From Blepharisma stoltei ATCC 30299 (Eukaryota > Protista > Ciliophora), in NCBI GenBank assembly GCA_965603825.1, contig CBFDEM010000009.1:248001-312000 (forward strand): a stretch of 64,000 bases of DNA, read 5' to 3'. Below the pieces are notes generated by a model, which was given only the letters and a program-made list of their open reading frames with translations, ran no database searches and was not told where the DNA came from. Made by a program: the position numbers and the translations under genes. How positions within the stretch are numbered: the stretch's first letter is position 1; each line of letters begins with the position of its first letter. Shown here in pieces: positions 23,970 through 35,767 of the stretch.

Positions 23970-24585
23970 TTAATTTAACTCAGCTGGTCTACTTATTTTT
24001 TCCATCAGATTTTTAGCTCTTGAAAGCTCTTGAATTAATAAATTTAGCTGTGGAGCTGATAAGCATACTGGATGCCTTTGGAGATCAGATGTTGTAACTA
24101 CAATAGATGCATCTGTAGACTTGGTTCTTAAGTCTAAATCGACTTTCCAACTAATATTTTCGACTTTTGAAACTATTTTAGAATTTACCTCTTAAAAAGC
24201 TGTTTTCTAATGATCTCTGCATGTTATTGAGATGATCTCCATAAGTTTTGCTGAGAGCTAAAGCATTTTCTAGAGGAAGTCCGAGTTGTCCTATTTCATC
24301 ATTTAAGACATTTGAGGTGACGCTGAATTTTGCAGCTGTGGAGAATATGAAATGAATTGATGCCAGGGCAGATTGAATTTCTTCTTTGCTAAGGCCGCAG
24401 TCTGAAGAGAGTTTCCAAGCTTTCTCCATGTCAAATTTATTCTCTGAGATTTGCTTCGCAATTATTGTAGATATCAACTTTATTCTCACAGCAGTCTATT
24501 TAGAAAATACAATTCTTGATAACTGATTAACCTCTGCCAAAAGCCACTCTGGAGGCTCTATATCTCCACAAAACTTGAACCTCAT
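23970..24585 (-). CDS. COMMD4: COMM domain protein 4 (introns 24496-24510, 15 nt; 24173-24188, 16 nt)
   Basis: MRFKFCGDIEPPEWLLAEV N-terminus, E..QLGLP.E, COMM-domain WKVD; both introns restore the frame. Confidence 0.9.
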
Positions 24586-24942
24586 TTATGTTAATGAATA
24601 AAATTATTTCTCTCGCAGAAAAAATTGCTAATTTATTAATAGTTATAAATTGTTTTGGAAAATATTAGCTGGTAACAAGTAATATTAAGCATTTTTAGCA
24701 TAAAGCGCTACCAGCGTGAAAAATTAATTCCACAACCATTAGGAAAGTTGCAATTTTTAATAAAGAAAATCCAATGTTTTCAAAATAGAAAGATGTTTAT
24801 TGGAAATTAATAAAAAATATCTAGAACTTGAAGCCAATAATTTAATTTTTCTATGGATTTACCTTTAGAACTGTTAAAGATGCTACCATTCAAAATGTTT
24901 TAAGTAATTTCAAATAGAAAAATATTTTTTATAACTCGAAGC

Positions 24943-26064
24943 ATGGAGCGATACAAAATTATAAAAACACTAGGGGATGGGACCTTTGGGTCTGTCTATA
25001 AAGCAGTTGTAAAAGGAACTAACGAATTCGTAGCTATCAAAAGAATGAAAAAAAAATTTTACAGCTGAGAAGAATGTCTAGAGCTAAGAGAAATTAAAGT
25101 ATTAAGAAAATTGACTCATCCCAATGTTGTCAGGCTAAAAGAAGTTATTAGAGCAAACGATGATTTGCATCTAGTTTTTGAATTCTGTGAGAAAGATGTG
25201 GTTCACTTGATGACTGAACAAGGATCTCCTTGTTCTGATATGCAAGTAAGAGATATCATTGGACAGATCTTAAATGGGCTTTCTGCGCTACATAAAAGTG
25301 GATTTTTTCATAGGGATATGAAGCCTGACAATATTTTGGTCAATGATGGGGTTTTTAAAATAGCAGATTATGGGCTTGCAAAAGAAATCAGAAGTCAGCC
25401 TCCTTATACAGATTATGTAGCCACTCGATGGTACCGAGCTCCAGAAATTTTGCTACACAGCCGAAGATACAATTGGCAAGTTGATATATATGCAGTCGGC
25501 TGCATAATGGCTGAACTCTACATGATGCGACCTTTATTCCCAGGAGCAAGCGAAGTAGACCAGCTCAATCGTATATGTTCAGTCCTAGGGACTCCAAATG
25601 ACTGAATTGAAGGACAAAGACTTGCATCTCAAGTCAGCTACTGCTTTCCTCAGTACATACCTATGCCTTTACATGAGTTAATGCCAAATGCATCTCCAGA
25701 TGCAATTCATTTTATACAGCAAGTCCTCGCTTGGGACCCAGCGAATCGACCTTCAGCTGATCAGTGCCTGCAGCATCCTTTTTTTACTGAAAACCATAGG
25801 ACACTTAATCACAATGCCAGCTTTTTAGATGTCCCCAAAGCTGAAAACAGTCGGCATCATTCATTGTCTTCCGAAAGTCAGCATACACTTATTGAAGGGC
25901 CACATACAAGATCAGGAATCTTAATTGGGATTGGAGAAGCAAGGAATCCACCACCAAGCCTTGTGACAAGCCGAGCTAAACTTGGAGGAGGACTAGGACA
26001 GTTCGGAGCGAGCTTGATTGGGAAGCAAAATGGAGGAATTGGGATGGGAAGACATAAATTCTAA
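24943..26064 (+). CDS. MAK/ICK (RCK family) kinase (TGA=Trp at 25066 and 25603)
   Basis: [20 protein letters not shown]-(TGA)-[22 protein letters not shown] with TDY motif. Confidence 0.93.
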
Positions 26065-26373
26065 GTAGCAATGTTATAAATAAGCAAAACGGAAAGACAT
26101 AGATAATAAGTATGATATGCAAGCAATTCAGATAAAAAATGGATACTTATAGATTAGCGATAATAACCATAATTGCATTTAAAATAATTAAGCATGATAA
26201 TGTTTCATAATGGACCATAATGATGTCAAAATAATTAGAATACCTAAGTTGGATAAATATTGGATTAGCGTTTAAAATTAAATAGGGGGCATTTCCTATT
26301 ATAAAATAAATCTATATTATCCATAGTTTCCCCATTAAAGTCCCATTCTTTGGAATTCTTAATATAATTAAAA

Positions 26374-26892
26374 ATGGCTTCAAAAGCAGGGGGACATATG
26401 CTAAGCACACACTGTGAAGGCTGCAGAGATCCAGTGAAACGCGCAATTCTATACTCAAAGCAATCCGCATCTCTTTGTGCAAGATGCAACGCCCATGCCT
26501 CAGGTAGATCTTCTTATGACTACTTCGAGCACGCTGAAAGAGAGGTGGAAAGAGAAAAAGCCTGAAGACGAAAAAGAGTAAGGCAATTCGATTCATGCTC
26601 AAAACTAAGGAAATACGCTTTACTTCTCTCAGAACAAGTAGGCAGCAAGTATCTCGCAGATGTTATCAAGATCGCAAGAAGAGACTATAAACTGATAGAA
26701 AAACTGGTAGCGCTCCATAAAGCCACACCAGCTGAGCATAAGATGAACCTGGCGAGGGCAGTAAAAGTATGCTACAGCAGGGACTATACGCTGGAGCAGG
26801 TGAACAATTATTTAAGGCCAAAGGGATTTCCTTATGAAAATGTGGCGATTATGTTTCAAGAGCTGTATGACAATTATATCAGTAGAAAGTAA
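26374..26892 (+). CDS. 172-aa protein with a degenerate B-box-like Zn-finger N-terminus (TGA=Trp at 26563)
   Basis: CEGC...AILY....ASLCARC..H; frame stays open through TGA to TAA 26890-26892. Confidence 0.65.
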
Positions 26893-26915
26893 GCAAAAAT
26901 TAATAGATTATTTAG

Positions 26916-28724
26916 TTACAGCTGACGCTTGCTAGGCTCTGTATTGTGGATTGTGTAAGATTCAGATTTTTTCTTAGATCTAGCCTCGGTGTTAGCACCT
27001 CGAAGCATTTCTTTTAGCAAAATTATTTGGCGGTCTTTTTCGTCGAGATCTTTGCTGACTTTGCTTAAGATGTCACCTTCAATGGTTTTCATTTTGGAAT
27101 ATGCCTTTTGAAGACTGTCATTTTTAGTTTGAAGTTCAGATTCCAGTTTGGCAATTTCTTTATGTTTAGCGATTACTTCTGTGTCTTTTTTATATATTTC
27201 TTCTCTGAGAGTTTGCAGCTGAAACAAAGCCTTTTTAATTTTATTTTCTCTCTGATTATTGACTCCATTACTTTTCTTTTCCATAACAACGCTTGAATAC
27301 TTTGCTTTCCACAGTGAAGTTTCTCTTCTTAACTCTTCTTCTTTTGCAATCTGTTCCTTTCCTCTTTTAATTAAAGTATCCACTCTATTATTTATATTAG
27401 CCAGTTTTGTCAATGTTTTTTGCAGCTCAGCTTCTTTTTTTTCATTTTCCTGCCTTGCTACATCTAATTTGTCTCTAAAAGCATCATTTTGTTCTTTCAT
27501 GATATCAGCGTGCTTTCTTATTTTGTTAGCATTGTCTTCATATTCCGCTCTCATCTTTTTCATAGTGTTTTCTAGCCCTTCTATTTGATTTAAAAGAGGA
27601 TTTTGTGAAGTTAAAGCAGTTTTCATATTATCGTTCATTATTTTAAGCTGCTCTTCAAGATGAACTACTCTTTCCCTAACAGATTCTTCAGTGTCATTTA
27701 CGCTGAAGCTTTTCGGGGTATGCTTAATAAGCATTGATTTCGTCTCATTTAGTTCTTTTTCAATATTTCTTAAAAAAATCAGCAATTCATCATCTTCTGG
27801 TTTTTCGACATCCAATCTTTTTACTTGTGCGCCGATGCCTTCCTCTGCTTCTTTGATTTTTTCTTTAACATCTTCTACAACTTTTAAATAATTTTTCATA
27901 TCTTCTTGCTGGGTTAGCAGCTTAGCATTGCTTTTCTGCAGCCTCGTTTGCTCTGACATATACTGTGCTATTGTATTTTCAAAATCTTCTACATTGTCTG
28001 CTTTTACTTTAGCTTCATAATATCTTTTAGTGGTTTCTTCCATATCTGCGTGTATTTTATCGATTTTATCATGCAAATCTTTGTTAAGTGTAGTCATTTG
28101 GTCAATGATTTTTGATATTTGGATAATATCAGATTTAATTGCGTTTACTTCGTTTTGTTTGCTTGCTACTTGAGCTCTAGAAGCTTCGAGCTCTTCTGTG
28201 ACTGCTTCTTGTAGAAGCTGAAGGGATTCTTTTTCGTCTTTTCATTCTTCTTTACTTTTATCAAATTCTAGTTTCAAGTCAAAGTATTTTTTCTCCTCAT
28301 TAAGTTTCAGGATTTTTTCAGCCTGCAATTCTTCTTCAAGCCTTTCGGCTTCAATTGCGTGTTCTTTAGCTTGCTTTCTTTTTTCATCACTTACTTTTAA
28401 GCTTGTCTTGAGAGCTAAAATAGTTTTATTTAGCTCATTGATATGCTTATCTCTTGCTTGAATTTGTAATTCAAGATCTTTATCAAGATCCTCTGTTTTT
28501 GAATTTAATAAATCAAGGGTTCTTTGTTTTGAAACTAGTAAATTTTCTATATTAAGAATTTGGTCAGGTATCCAAAAATCAAATTTTTCTTTTGGGGTTT
28601 CTGGTTTGAGATGAACTGGAGTAAGATTTCTTTGGTTTTTTAATTTTGTTACTGGAGATCTTCTGGCCACAGGAGAAGGCATTTCTGATGACGAGTTTAC
28701 TAGATCCCTTCTTGTTTTCTTCAT
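26916..28724 (-). CDS. Long coiled-coil protein (TGA=Trp at 28242-28244)
   Basis: Two ORFs join in frame through a single TGA. Confidence 0.8.
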
Positions 28725-29104
28725 TATTTATTTAAATAACTGTTTATGGGTCATAAAAGATATTAAATAAAATATCAGCTTGCTCTTTAAAGCTAAATCA
28801 ATTTAAATTCTTTTTTATTAGTCTATAGACAGCAAAAACTAATTTTTTATAAATAAATTATGATTATTATTTATGCACATTATTTAAATTTATAAAATAA
28901 CTTCGCATTCTTGAAAGTTAAGCGGATGTAATATAAAAACTTGAAAACATCAAAAATCAGCAAGATTCCTATATATTTTAGTAAGGCTACGATAATTATA
29001 TCACCAAAATCCTTCAAACAGTCTTAACCTTTTATTTGAATTTCGAAAAGTAATTTAATTAAATTTCAATTTTATTGGCCATTGAGCCATTTATATATAA
29101 ATCC

Positions 29105-32100
29105 ATGAGCAGCAGTGACAGCATAAGTGCAGGATCCGACTCAGATTGGAGCGATGAAGACGAAGATATGGACGTCGACGAAGGAGCTGGAGCAGTTAGG
29201 TTAACTACAATTCAAGAAGTTTCTCAAATGGCTTCCGTTGCGAAAAAGGCACCTGAATCTGACTCGTCATCATCTAGTATGGGAGAGTCAGATAAAGAGC
29301 CTGACATGCCCAGTGAAAGCGAAGAAGAAAGCAAGGAAGAAGAGGAAAGCAAAGAGCCAGACCAAAAATCTCAGCCTGAAGAAGCAGTTAAAGCAAACAG
29401 TGAAATAAAGCCAAGCGCATCCCCAGCAAAAGTTAGAATAAGTCCTCAAAAACCCAAAAAGACTAAAAAAAAGAAAACAGAAGAACTGTGGAACCAAAAA
29501 TCTCCAAGGATTTCTTCAATCCCTGTCTTGAATAAAGACACAACCAACCCAAATACATACGATATGGACTTCCTTCTTAACCCTCGTGTCCAAGATATAA
29601 CTTATAGCGGGCACAGATTTACAAACTCCACCACCAACTATGTTCCCGGCAAGTCTACGTCTGTAAGTCAAAATGATCATATTCGTGCCAATATTGACAA
29701 CATAACTAAAGTGACTCATCAGCCAGTGGTCAACGTTTCAAGTATTGGGATCGTTGATAGGACATCAATTCTTTCTCCTCCTTCAAAGCGAAAGCCTACT
29801 GATGCTAAAGAGCGCTTTTACCCACATATCGAAAAAACCAAAAGAAAAGTAGAGAAACTCAGAGAGGACCAAAAAGAAGAGGAAGGGAAAATATGCACTT
29901 TTAAGCCTGAAATTAACCAAAAAGATGAGATGAAAAGGACAACTCAAGAGTTTTATGAATACCAGAAGAAGTTTTTGCAGTCTAGAGAGGATAAATTAAA
30001 AGCAATGAGGGAAGAAGCAGAAAAAAACCAAAGCAGAAGTGACGATACTCTTCATCATCCAAAAATATGCAAAAAAAGCGCAAAAATGGTTAAAGAAAAG
30101 CAAGAAGGAAATGAGCCAGCTTACGAGAGACTTCATAAGATTTATAAAGCCAAAGCTCAAAAACAGATAGAGCAAATGAAAATTAAAGAAGCAAATCCTC
30201 TTGATAAGTCTGATGATAGTGAAGATAAAGCCAAGCCTTTCCATCCAACTATTAACCCGAAGTCTAAGAGTCTTGTAAGAGACCAGCCTATTGATGTTCA
30301 TCTTTATGAAATATCCAAAAAGCAAAACACAAAAAGTCCCACTGTTTCGGAAAAAAAGAAGCCACAAAAGTACGCTAATCAAAGCTCTGAAGAAGTTTTG
30401 ATTGAAAAAGTGCAAGCTGAGTTTGATGAATACTTAAAGTCAAGAGACCCTGAATTGGTATCTTTAAATTATACTGCATTCCTTGATGTACTTAGATCAA
30501 TGCTCTTCATTAAAGAAGACGAAAAAAACTATGAGACAGAGAGAAATCTTGTCGTTGAAGCTTGGAAAATATTAGGAGGCACATCAGAAAGCACAGTTGA
30601 AAAAAAATCCCTTCTGATTTTCCTAATAGCAGTTATGGGCTACTATATATACTGGATGAACGAAGGCGACAACTTCAAGCTAAAAGAAGAAGAGGCTCAA
30701 AAAATCCACCGCCAATTCAGGCTTTTCTTTGAAAATCGCACCCAAAAGCCCAACGAAAAGCGCTTTAACGAAAAACTAAAATACATGTATGAGTATCCTT
30801 TCAAGCCAACTTTAATAGCAGAAAGCGAGCAATATGCCAACGACTGGAGAGCATCGAGAAGCCAAGAAAGGAATCAAAAGCTAGAAGACGTTTTAATAGC
30901 TGAAAGAGAAAGGCACAAACAAAGGATTGATCAAATCAAGCAGGCAATCGATAAAAATGTTTACAGTGAATGCACATTTAAGCCTATCACTTCAGAGATG
31001 CCTGACTTTTATCGAGATCTTGAAAAGAAAAAAGAAAGAGACGAACTGACTGAAGAATACTATAAAGTAATGAGTAATGAGAAAGATATACATAAAGGGA
31101 TAGCTCTTTATAAGTTGGCACAGCCTGTAAGAGAGAAGAAAGAAAATTTAGCTAAAAGGGTTCAAGAAGAAGAGCTGGAAAAAACTTTATCTGTTTGCAT
31201 TTTCAGACCAAATATAGAAACTAAAGTTATCCCTGATAATGTTGATGAGCACTATGGAATAGAAGCATCAATTGAAAGGATGAGTAAAGGGAGACAGGCT
31301 AAAGATGATTTCAAAAAGAAGACTGCAAGAGGCTATGATTATGATAAAGAAACGGAAGTCTGGAGATTTGGCCTTGGAAATGAAGCAAAAGAAAAAGAAA
31401 TACAGTTTAAGTATAAAGACTTGAGAGATGAAGTAAAACAAGCAAAATTGAAAGAATGGGAAGATAGGAAGAGAAAAGAGAGAAAAGAAAAAGAACTTAG
31501 AGAAAGAGAAAAACAAGAGCAAAGTGAACAAAGGGAGCAGCAAATCAAATATTTAAAAGAACTTAAACTTCTTGAAGAAAAGAAAGCAAGGACTGAGCAG
31601 CTAATTAAAAGAGAGCAAGAAAGAAAAATCAAAAATGACCAAAGATTATCTCAAGAGTCATACTCCCATAGTGAGTCTGATAACCAAGAATTCCAATATA
31701 CTAGCGTTGAAGAAAAATCTGTAAACGAGCCTCAAATAATTTATAAGCAAGAAATTGAAGACAAAAAAGAAGAAGTTGATCATTTAAACCCAAGCTCTGA
31801 AAGTCTACCTTCTCCTAAAGAAATAGAGAAGAGCGAAAACGAGCAAGATAGCTCACAGCCACAGCAAGGAAATAATGAAAGTTTATCAGCGGAAGAAGAA
31901 GTAGAAGAAGTAGAAGAAATTGAGGAATATGAGCTTAATGTGAAAATAGATGGTGGCGAAGAAGCAACTTTGAAATTTAACCTGTATGATGATGCTGTCG
32001 AATTGGTAACTAATTTTGCAAATCTTCATGGTCTATCAAACGAAGAAAGAGATCAATTGATTGCGGAAATTCAGGAAATTCAGCAAGAAGAATTAGGAGG

Positions 32101-32131
32101 AGAGGAAGAAGGAGAAGAGCAGCAAAACTAA
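29105..32131 (+). CDS. Large charged protein with dispersed (C)TFxP repeats
   Basis: Six motifs: CTFKPEIN, LHHPKIC, PFHPTIN, PFKPTL, CTFKPIT, CIFRPNI; first ATG at 29105. Confidence 0.75.
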   Translation: MSSSDSISAGSDSDWSDEDEDMDVDEGAGAVRLTTIQEVSQMASVAKKAPESDSSSSSMGESDKEPDMPSESEEESKEEEESKEPDQKSQPEEAVKANSEIKPSASPAKVRISPQKPKKTKKKKTEELWNQKSPRISSIPVLNKDTTNPNTYDMDFLLNPRVQDITYSGHRFTNSTTNYVPGKSTSVSQNDHIRANIDNITKVTHQPVVNVSSIGIVDRTSILSPPSKRKPTDAKERFYPHIEKTKRKVEKLREDQKEEEGKICTFKPEINQKDEMKRTTQEFYEYQKKFLQSREDKLKAMREEAEKNQSRSDDTLHHPKICKKSAKMVKEKQEGNEPAYERLHKIYKAKAQKQIEQMKIKEANPLDKSDDSEDKAKPFHPTINPKSKSLVRDQPIDVHLYEISKKQNTKSPTVSEKKKPQKYANQSSEEVLIEKVQAEFDEYLKSRDPELVSLNYTAFLDVLRSMLFIKEDEKNYETERNLVVEAWKILGGTSESTVEKKSLLIFLIAVMGYYIYWMNEGDNFKLKEEEAQKIHRQFRLFFENRTQKPNEKRFNEKLKYMYEYPFKPTLIAESEQYANDWRASRSQERNQKLEDVLIAERERHKQRIDQIKQAIDKNVYSECTFKPITSEMPDFYRDLEKKKERDELTEEYYKVMSNEKDIHKGIALYKLAQPVREKKENLAKRVQEEELEKTLSVCIFRPNIETKVIPDNVDEHYGIEASIERMSKGRQAKDDFKKKTARGYDYDKETEVWRFGLGNEAKEKEIQFKYKDLRDEVKQAKLKEWEDRKRKERKEKELREREKQEQSEQREQQIKYLKELKLLEEKKARTEQLIKREQERKIKNDQRLSQESYSHSESDNQEFQYTSVEEKSVNEPQIIYKQEIEDKKEEVDHLNPSSESLPSPKEIEKSENEQDSSQPQQGNNESLSAEEEVEEVEEIEEYELNVKIDGGEEATLKFNLYDDAVELVTNFANLHGLSNEERDQLIAEIQEIQQEELGGEEEGEEQQN

Positions 32132-32321
32132 ATATACATCAAAATTAAATAGAGATAATTAAAATATAATCTTGACTATAATATTCTTTTTAGAGAAAAA
32201 TTTTTTAACAAATAATTTATAAAGAGCTGACATTCAAAATCAAAAATAAATATTATTTTTACATATTGAGAATAGAGCTAGAAAATTATAATTTTTCTTA
32301 TCGCAAAAATCATAAAAATAT

Positions 32322-34304
32322 ATGGAGAGTCTTAAAAAGGCAGCAGTCAATTTTAAAGACAAACTGACCAAAACAGGACTCGAGCGGCTTATAATAGAGT
32401 CAACAATGAACGATGACGCTATCCCTCCAAAAACAACCCAATTAGCAATTGCTGACAGAACGATTTCTCAAATCGATATCGAGACTATCATGAGAGTGCT
32501 TTGGGAAAATCTAAAATCTCCAGAACGAGAATGGAAAAAAATTAATAAAACCCTATGCTTGATCCATTCACTTCTTTTATCAGGCAGTCCTCGAATGGTA
32601 AATGAGTTAAGGGATTCCGCTCACAAACTAAAAGGATTTGAAACATTTAGCTACCGAGAAAATGGGGTTATTGAAAAAGGAGGGCCAGTAAGGGATAAAG
32701 CACGACAAATAAGCTATTTATTGGCAAATGCTGGGCTGCTTGAAGAGGAAAGGGAAAATTCGAGAAGGAATAGGGAAAAATATGTAGGGATCTCATCAGA
32801 CGAATATGGTAGAAGTGGAAATTCAAGTGGATATTCAGGCGGATATTCAGGTGGATATTCAAGCGGATCTTCAAGTGGGTATTCAGGTGGATATAATTCG
32901 TATGAAAATAGAAGTGATAGTTATAATTATCAAGCACCAACAAATGAAAGAGTCGACAAAGGGTACGATCAAATTTTTGGAAACCAAAGCAATAATGCCC
33001 CTGCTTATAGTGGTGATGAGAGTAGGTATAGAAATCCGGGAAGTGGTACTACACAAAATGAAACTTATGAAAATTATCAGCCGAGACAAGAGCAAGGGAT
33101 TCCTTCAAATGGAAATAATTGGCCACCACAAAGCAGCAAAGCACAAACTGTTCCAGATATTTTTACTAGCGTTCCAGTAAGGAGACAAGAACAATATCAA
33201 TATAAACAGCCTGATGTAGAGCTTATTCATGAAGAAAATAGGCAGCCAATCAATAATTTCCAACAGAATTCTTCTCAAGTCCCTGCTCAAATGTCTAAAG
33301 ATATTTTCCAACCTATTTCGTCTCAGTTTCCAAAATCTCAACCTACAAATCAAAATCTCCAACCAAAGCAATCAATTGACAATTTTCAGCCAATAATCAA
33401 CAATCCACCTCCTACAAGAGCACAAGTTGATATTTTTCAACCAAAACCAACTAATGATATTTTTAAACCAAAGCCTGCAAATGATAATTTTCAGCCTAAG
33501 CCAGCAAATGATATTTTCCAGCCAGCTATCAATAATTTACCTTCAACAAGAGGTCAAGTTGATATTTTCCAGCCAATATCCCAACCTTCTCAACAGCAGT
33601 CAAACCCACTCCCCAAACAACAAGATAATATGTTTAAGAGCCTAAATACAAAACCATCACCAGCAACGGTATCTCAGCCAGATTGGACACAAGAGATTAC
33701 AAATTTATCATTAAAAACAACTCCAAGTCAACCTCTTCAAATGCTAAATCTTCAAACGGCCCCAGTGCTACCTAGTTTTCCATCAGTAAATATTTCGCAA
33801 GGGCCTTCTCCCCAGCAAAATATCCCACTTTATCAGAGCAGCTCATCCCAGCCTCCAATGCAGCCATATTTATCACAGCCAACAGTTCTACCTTATCAAA
33901 ATGTACAATCTCCATTACAGCTTACAATCCTTCCGGGCTATCAAAATAATATATCCCAAGCTCCAATTAAGTCATACCAACCTAACAATCCTCATTCCCC
34001 TATGCAGCCAGTTCAGCAGCCTTATCAACCAGCTAGCTCTCCTCCTTTACAGCCGCAGGCATATCCAGCCCCTCCCAAATCCAATATCAAAATCGCTCAC
34101 AATCTAGATACGACTTCAGGAATCTCAATCAGCCAGCTTAAATTCAGCCCATCACTGGTCCAATCTCAAGTTCCCCAAGCCCAACAGAAGCCAGAAAAAC
34201 CAATTAACCTTGAAGACGCTCTCTTAGGTTTAGAAGATCTTTCATCTTCCCTATCAACTTCCAAAGAAAGAGAGAAGCCTCAAAGAAATCTGGGATACTT
34301 ATAA
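32322..34304 (+). CDS. ENTH-domain (epsin-related) clathrin adaptor
   Basis: W..L......WK.I.K.L.L...LL..GS, VRDKA..I..LL....L..ER ENTH pattern; SGGY repeats; repeated DIFQP motifs in a disordered tail. Confidence 0.87.
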   Translation: MESLKKAAVNFKDKLTKTGLERLIIESTMNDDAIPPKTTQLAIADRTISQIDIETIMRVLWENLKSPEREWKKINKTLCLIHSLLLSGSPRMVNELRDSAHKLKGFETFSYRENGVIEKGGPVRDKARQISYLLANAGLLEEERENSRRNREKYVGISSDEYGRSGNSSGYSGGYSGGYSSGSSSGYSGGYNSYENRSDSYNYQAPTNERVDKGYDQIFGNQSNNAPAYSGDESRYRNPGSGTTQNETYENYQPRQEQGIPSNGNNWPPQSSKAQTVPDIFTSVPVRRQEQYQYKQPDVELIHEENRQPINNFQQNSSQVPAQMSKDIFQPISSQFPKSQPTNQNLQPKQSIDNFQPIINNPPPTRAQVDIFQPKPTNDIFKPKPANDNFQPKPANDIFQPAINNLPSTRGQVDIFQPISQPSQQQSNPLPKQQDNMFKSLNTKPSPATVSQPDWTQEITNLSLKTTPSQPLQMLNLQTAPVLPSFPSVNISQGPSPQQNIPLYQSSSSQPPMQPYLSQPTVLPYQNVQSPLQLTILPGYQNNISQAPIKSYQPNNPHSPMQPVQQPYQPASSPPLQPQAYPAPPKSNIKIAHNLDTTSGISISQLKFSPSLVQSQVPQAQQKPEKPINLEDALLGLEDLSSSLSTSKEREKPQRNLGYL

Positions 34305-34347
34305 TTCAATTTAACCCACAATTATTATAACTTTTATTAAAATTATC

Positions 34348-35124
34348 CTAGAACATGCAGGATTCATAAGTAGGGACCATATATTTGATGTTGATATAAG
34401 CATCTTCTCCTCCATAGGTTTCAAATAATTCCAGAGTTTCTTGAACTAAGTCACTTATATTGCATCCTTTATATTGCCCATAGTCAATTTCATCCCCTAT
34501 ATTTAATCTTTTGTTTTTAAACATATTAAAAATTGGCAAAATTTGTCGGTAGTAAGGCACCAATGCTTCAGCCACAGCATTTCCGCACTTAACCAGCTTC
34601 TGAAGCTTTTTCAAAGTAACAACGATAACCTCAGAGTGTTTTGTATTTAACGCAGTTTTAATAGGTATAATCAGCTGTGGAAGCACAGGTAACACTTTAT
34701 GTGGGCATCTGTCTAATAGATCATCAATAGATTTGTCTGCGATAAATTTGAAAGGTTCTTCGACTTCTCTTAGTCCTTCAAAAAACAAAGGCAGGTAATG
34801 ATGATAATCGAGAAGCTCCAATTCAACCTTCCATGCAATTTTTCTATGAGCACCTAGGAAATTAACGACTACAGGGAGATCGCCTCTGAGATAAAATTTC
34901 CTGAATGCAGTTGCAGGGATTTCGGTTTTCCTGAGTAAATTTTACCTTTGCTTTTTGAATACTCCAGAACTTGAAGGTTTTGATAGACTTCTAACTGATT
35001 TTGGGGCAATTGAAGAACTGGATCCTCCGAGTCCTTTTGTGATTAATGGCATTGGCTGAGCCCTTGAAGATGATGTGCTTGGTCGAGCAAGACCTGTCCA
35101 GAGTCCTCGATTCATGTAACTCAT
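34348..35124 (-). CDS. PACRG: Parkin co-regulated gene protein, axonemal inner junction (15-nt intron 34931-34945)
   Basis: [82 protein letters not shown]. Confidence 0.96.
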
Positions 35125-35438
35125 AACTGATGTAATTAATTAAATAGTAAATGATAGAATCTGAAATTTAAATAATAATTAAGGTTTTATTTTCCATGAT
35201 CTGAAGAAATCATTATTTTTAAATACATTTCTCTTTTAATGGCTTTAGTAATCTACTTAAGCAGGGACTTTTATATTATTCTTGATTTTATTGTTCTTCT
35301 TTATTTTATTTTAATTACTTTTTTATTCTCAATAGATTGCATATCTAAGTAATCATTTTCTTTATTTAGACTGATATTTAACATTTATTTAGAAATGTCT
35401 TCGCGATCTCAATAAATCCTTTGAATTTAAACTAATAA

Positions 35439-35675
35439 ATGGAAAAAGAGCTTTGAAGAACAGAGCAAAATATTAAAGAAGATGATTGGGAAATATTGAA
35501 TGATAATGAGCAGAATGAATGCACTAAAAGCAGCAATGATTGAAAGCAGCAAGAGCAGTATTGAAGATCACAACAAAATTCATGAAATCAAAAACTAAAA
35601 GATTATAAAGAGCAAGAAAACTATTGACTGTCTCAAGCTTCCTACTGGAGCCAATTCAGTAATTCCAAGCCTTAA
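35439..35675 (+). CDS. 78-aa microprotein with heptad-spaced Trp and a LIR-like motif (5 in-frame TGA)
   Basis: MEKELWRTEQNIKEDDWEILNDNEQNECTKSSNDWKQQEQYWRSQQNSWNQKLKDYKEQENYWLSQASYWSQFSNSKP with TGA=Trp; coding-like island in AT-rich DNA. Confidence 0.72.
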
Positions 35676-35767
35676 TTTATGCTAATTCTCAAAAAATTAT
35701 CTGAAAAGAATTCTTTTTAAAATTATTTAGCAAAATATTTTGCTTATCGAACCTATAAAATATTAAA

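Noticed and set aside
35439-35675. Multi-UGA ORF as a selenoprotein
   Set aside because: The TGAs are in heptad register with TGG Trp and Tyr, there is no Cys/redox context, and no SECIS-like stem-loop is visible in the short 3' region.
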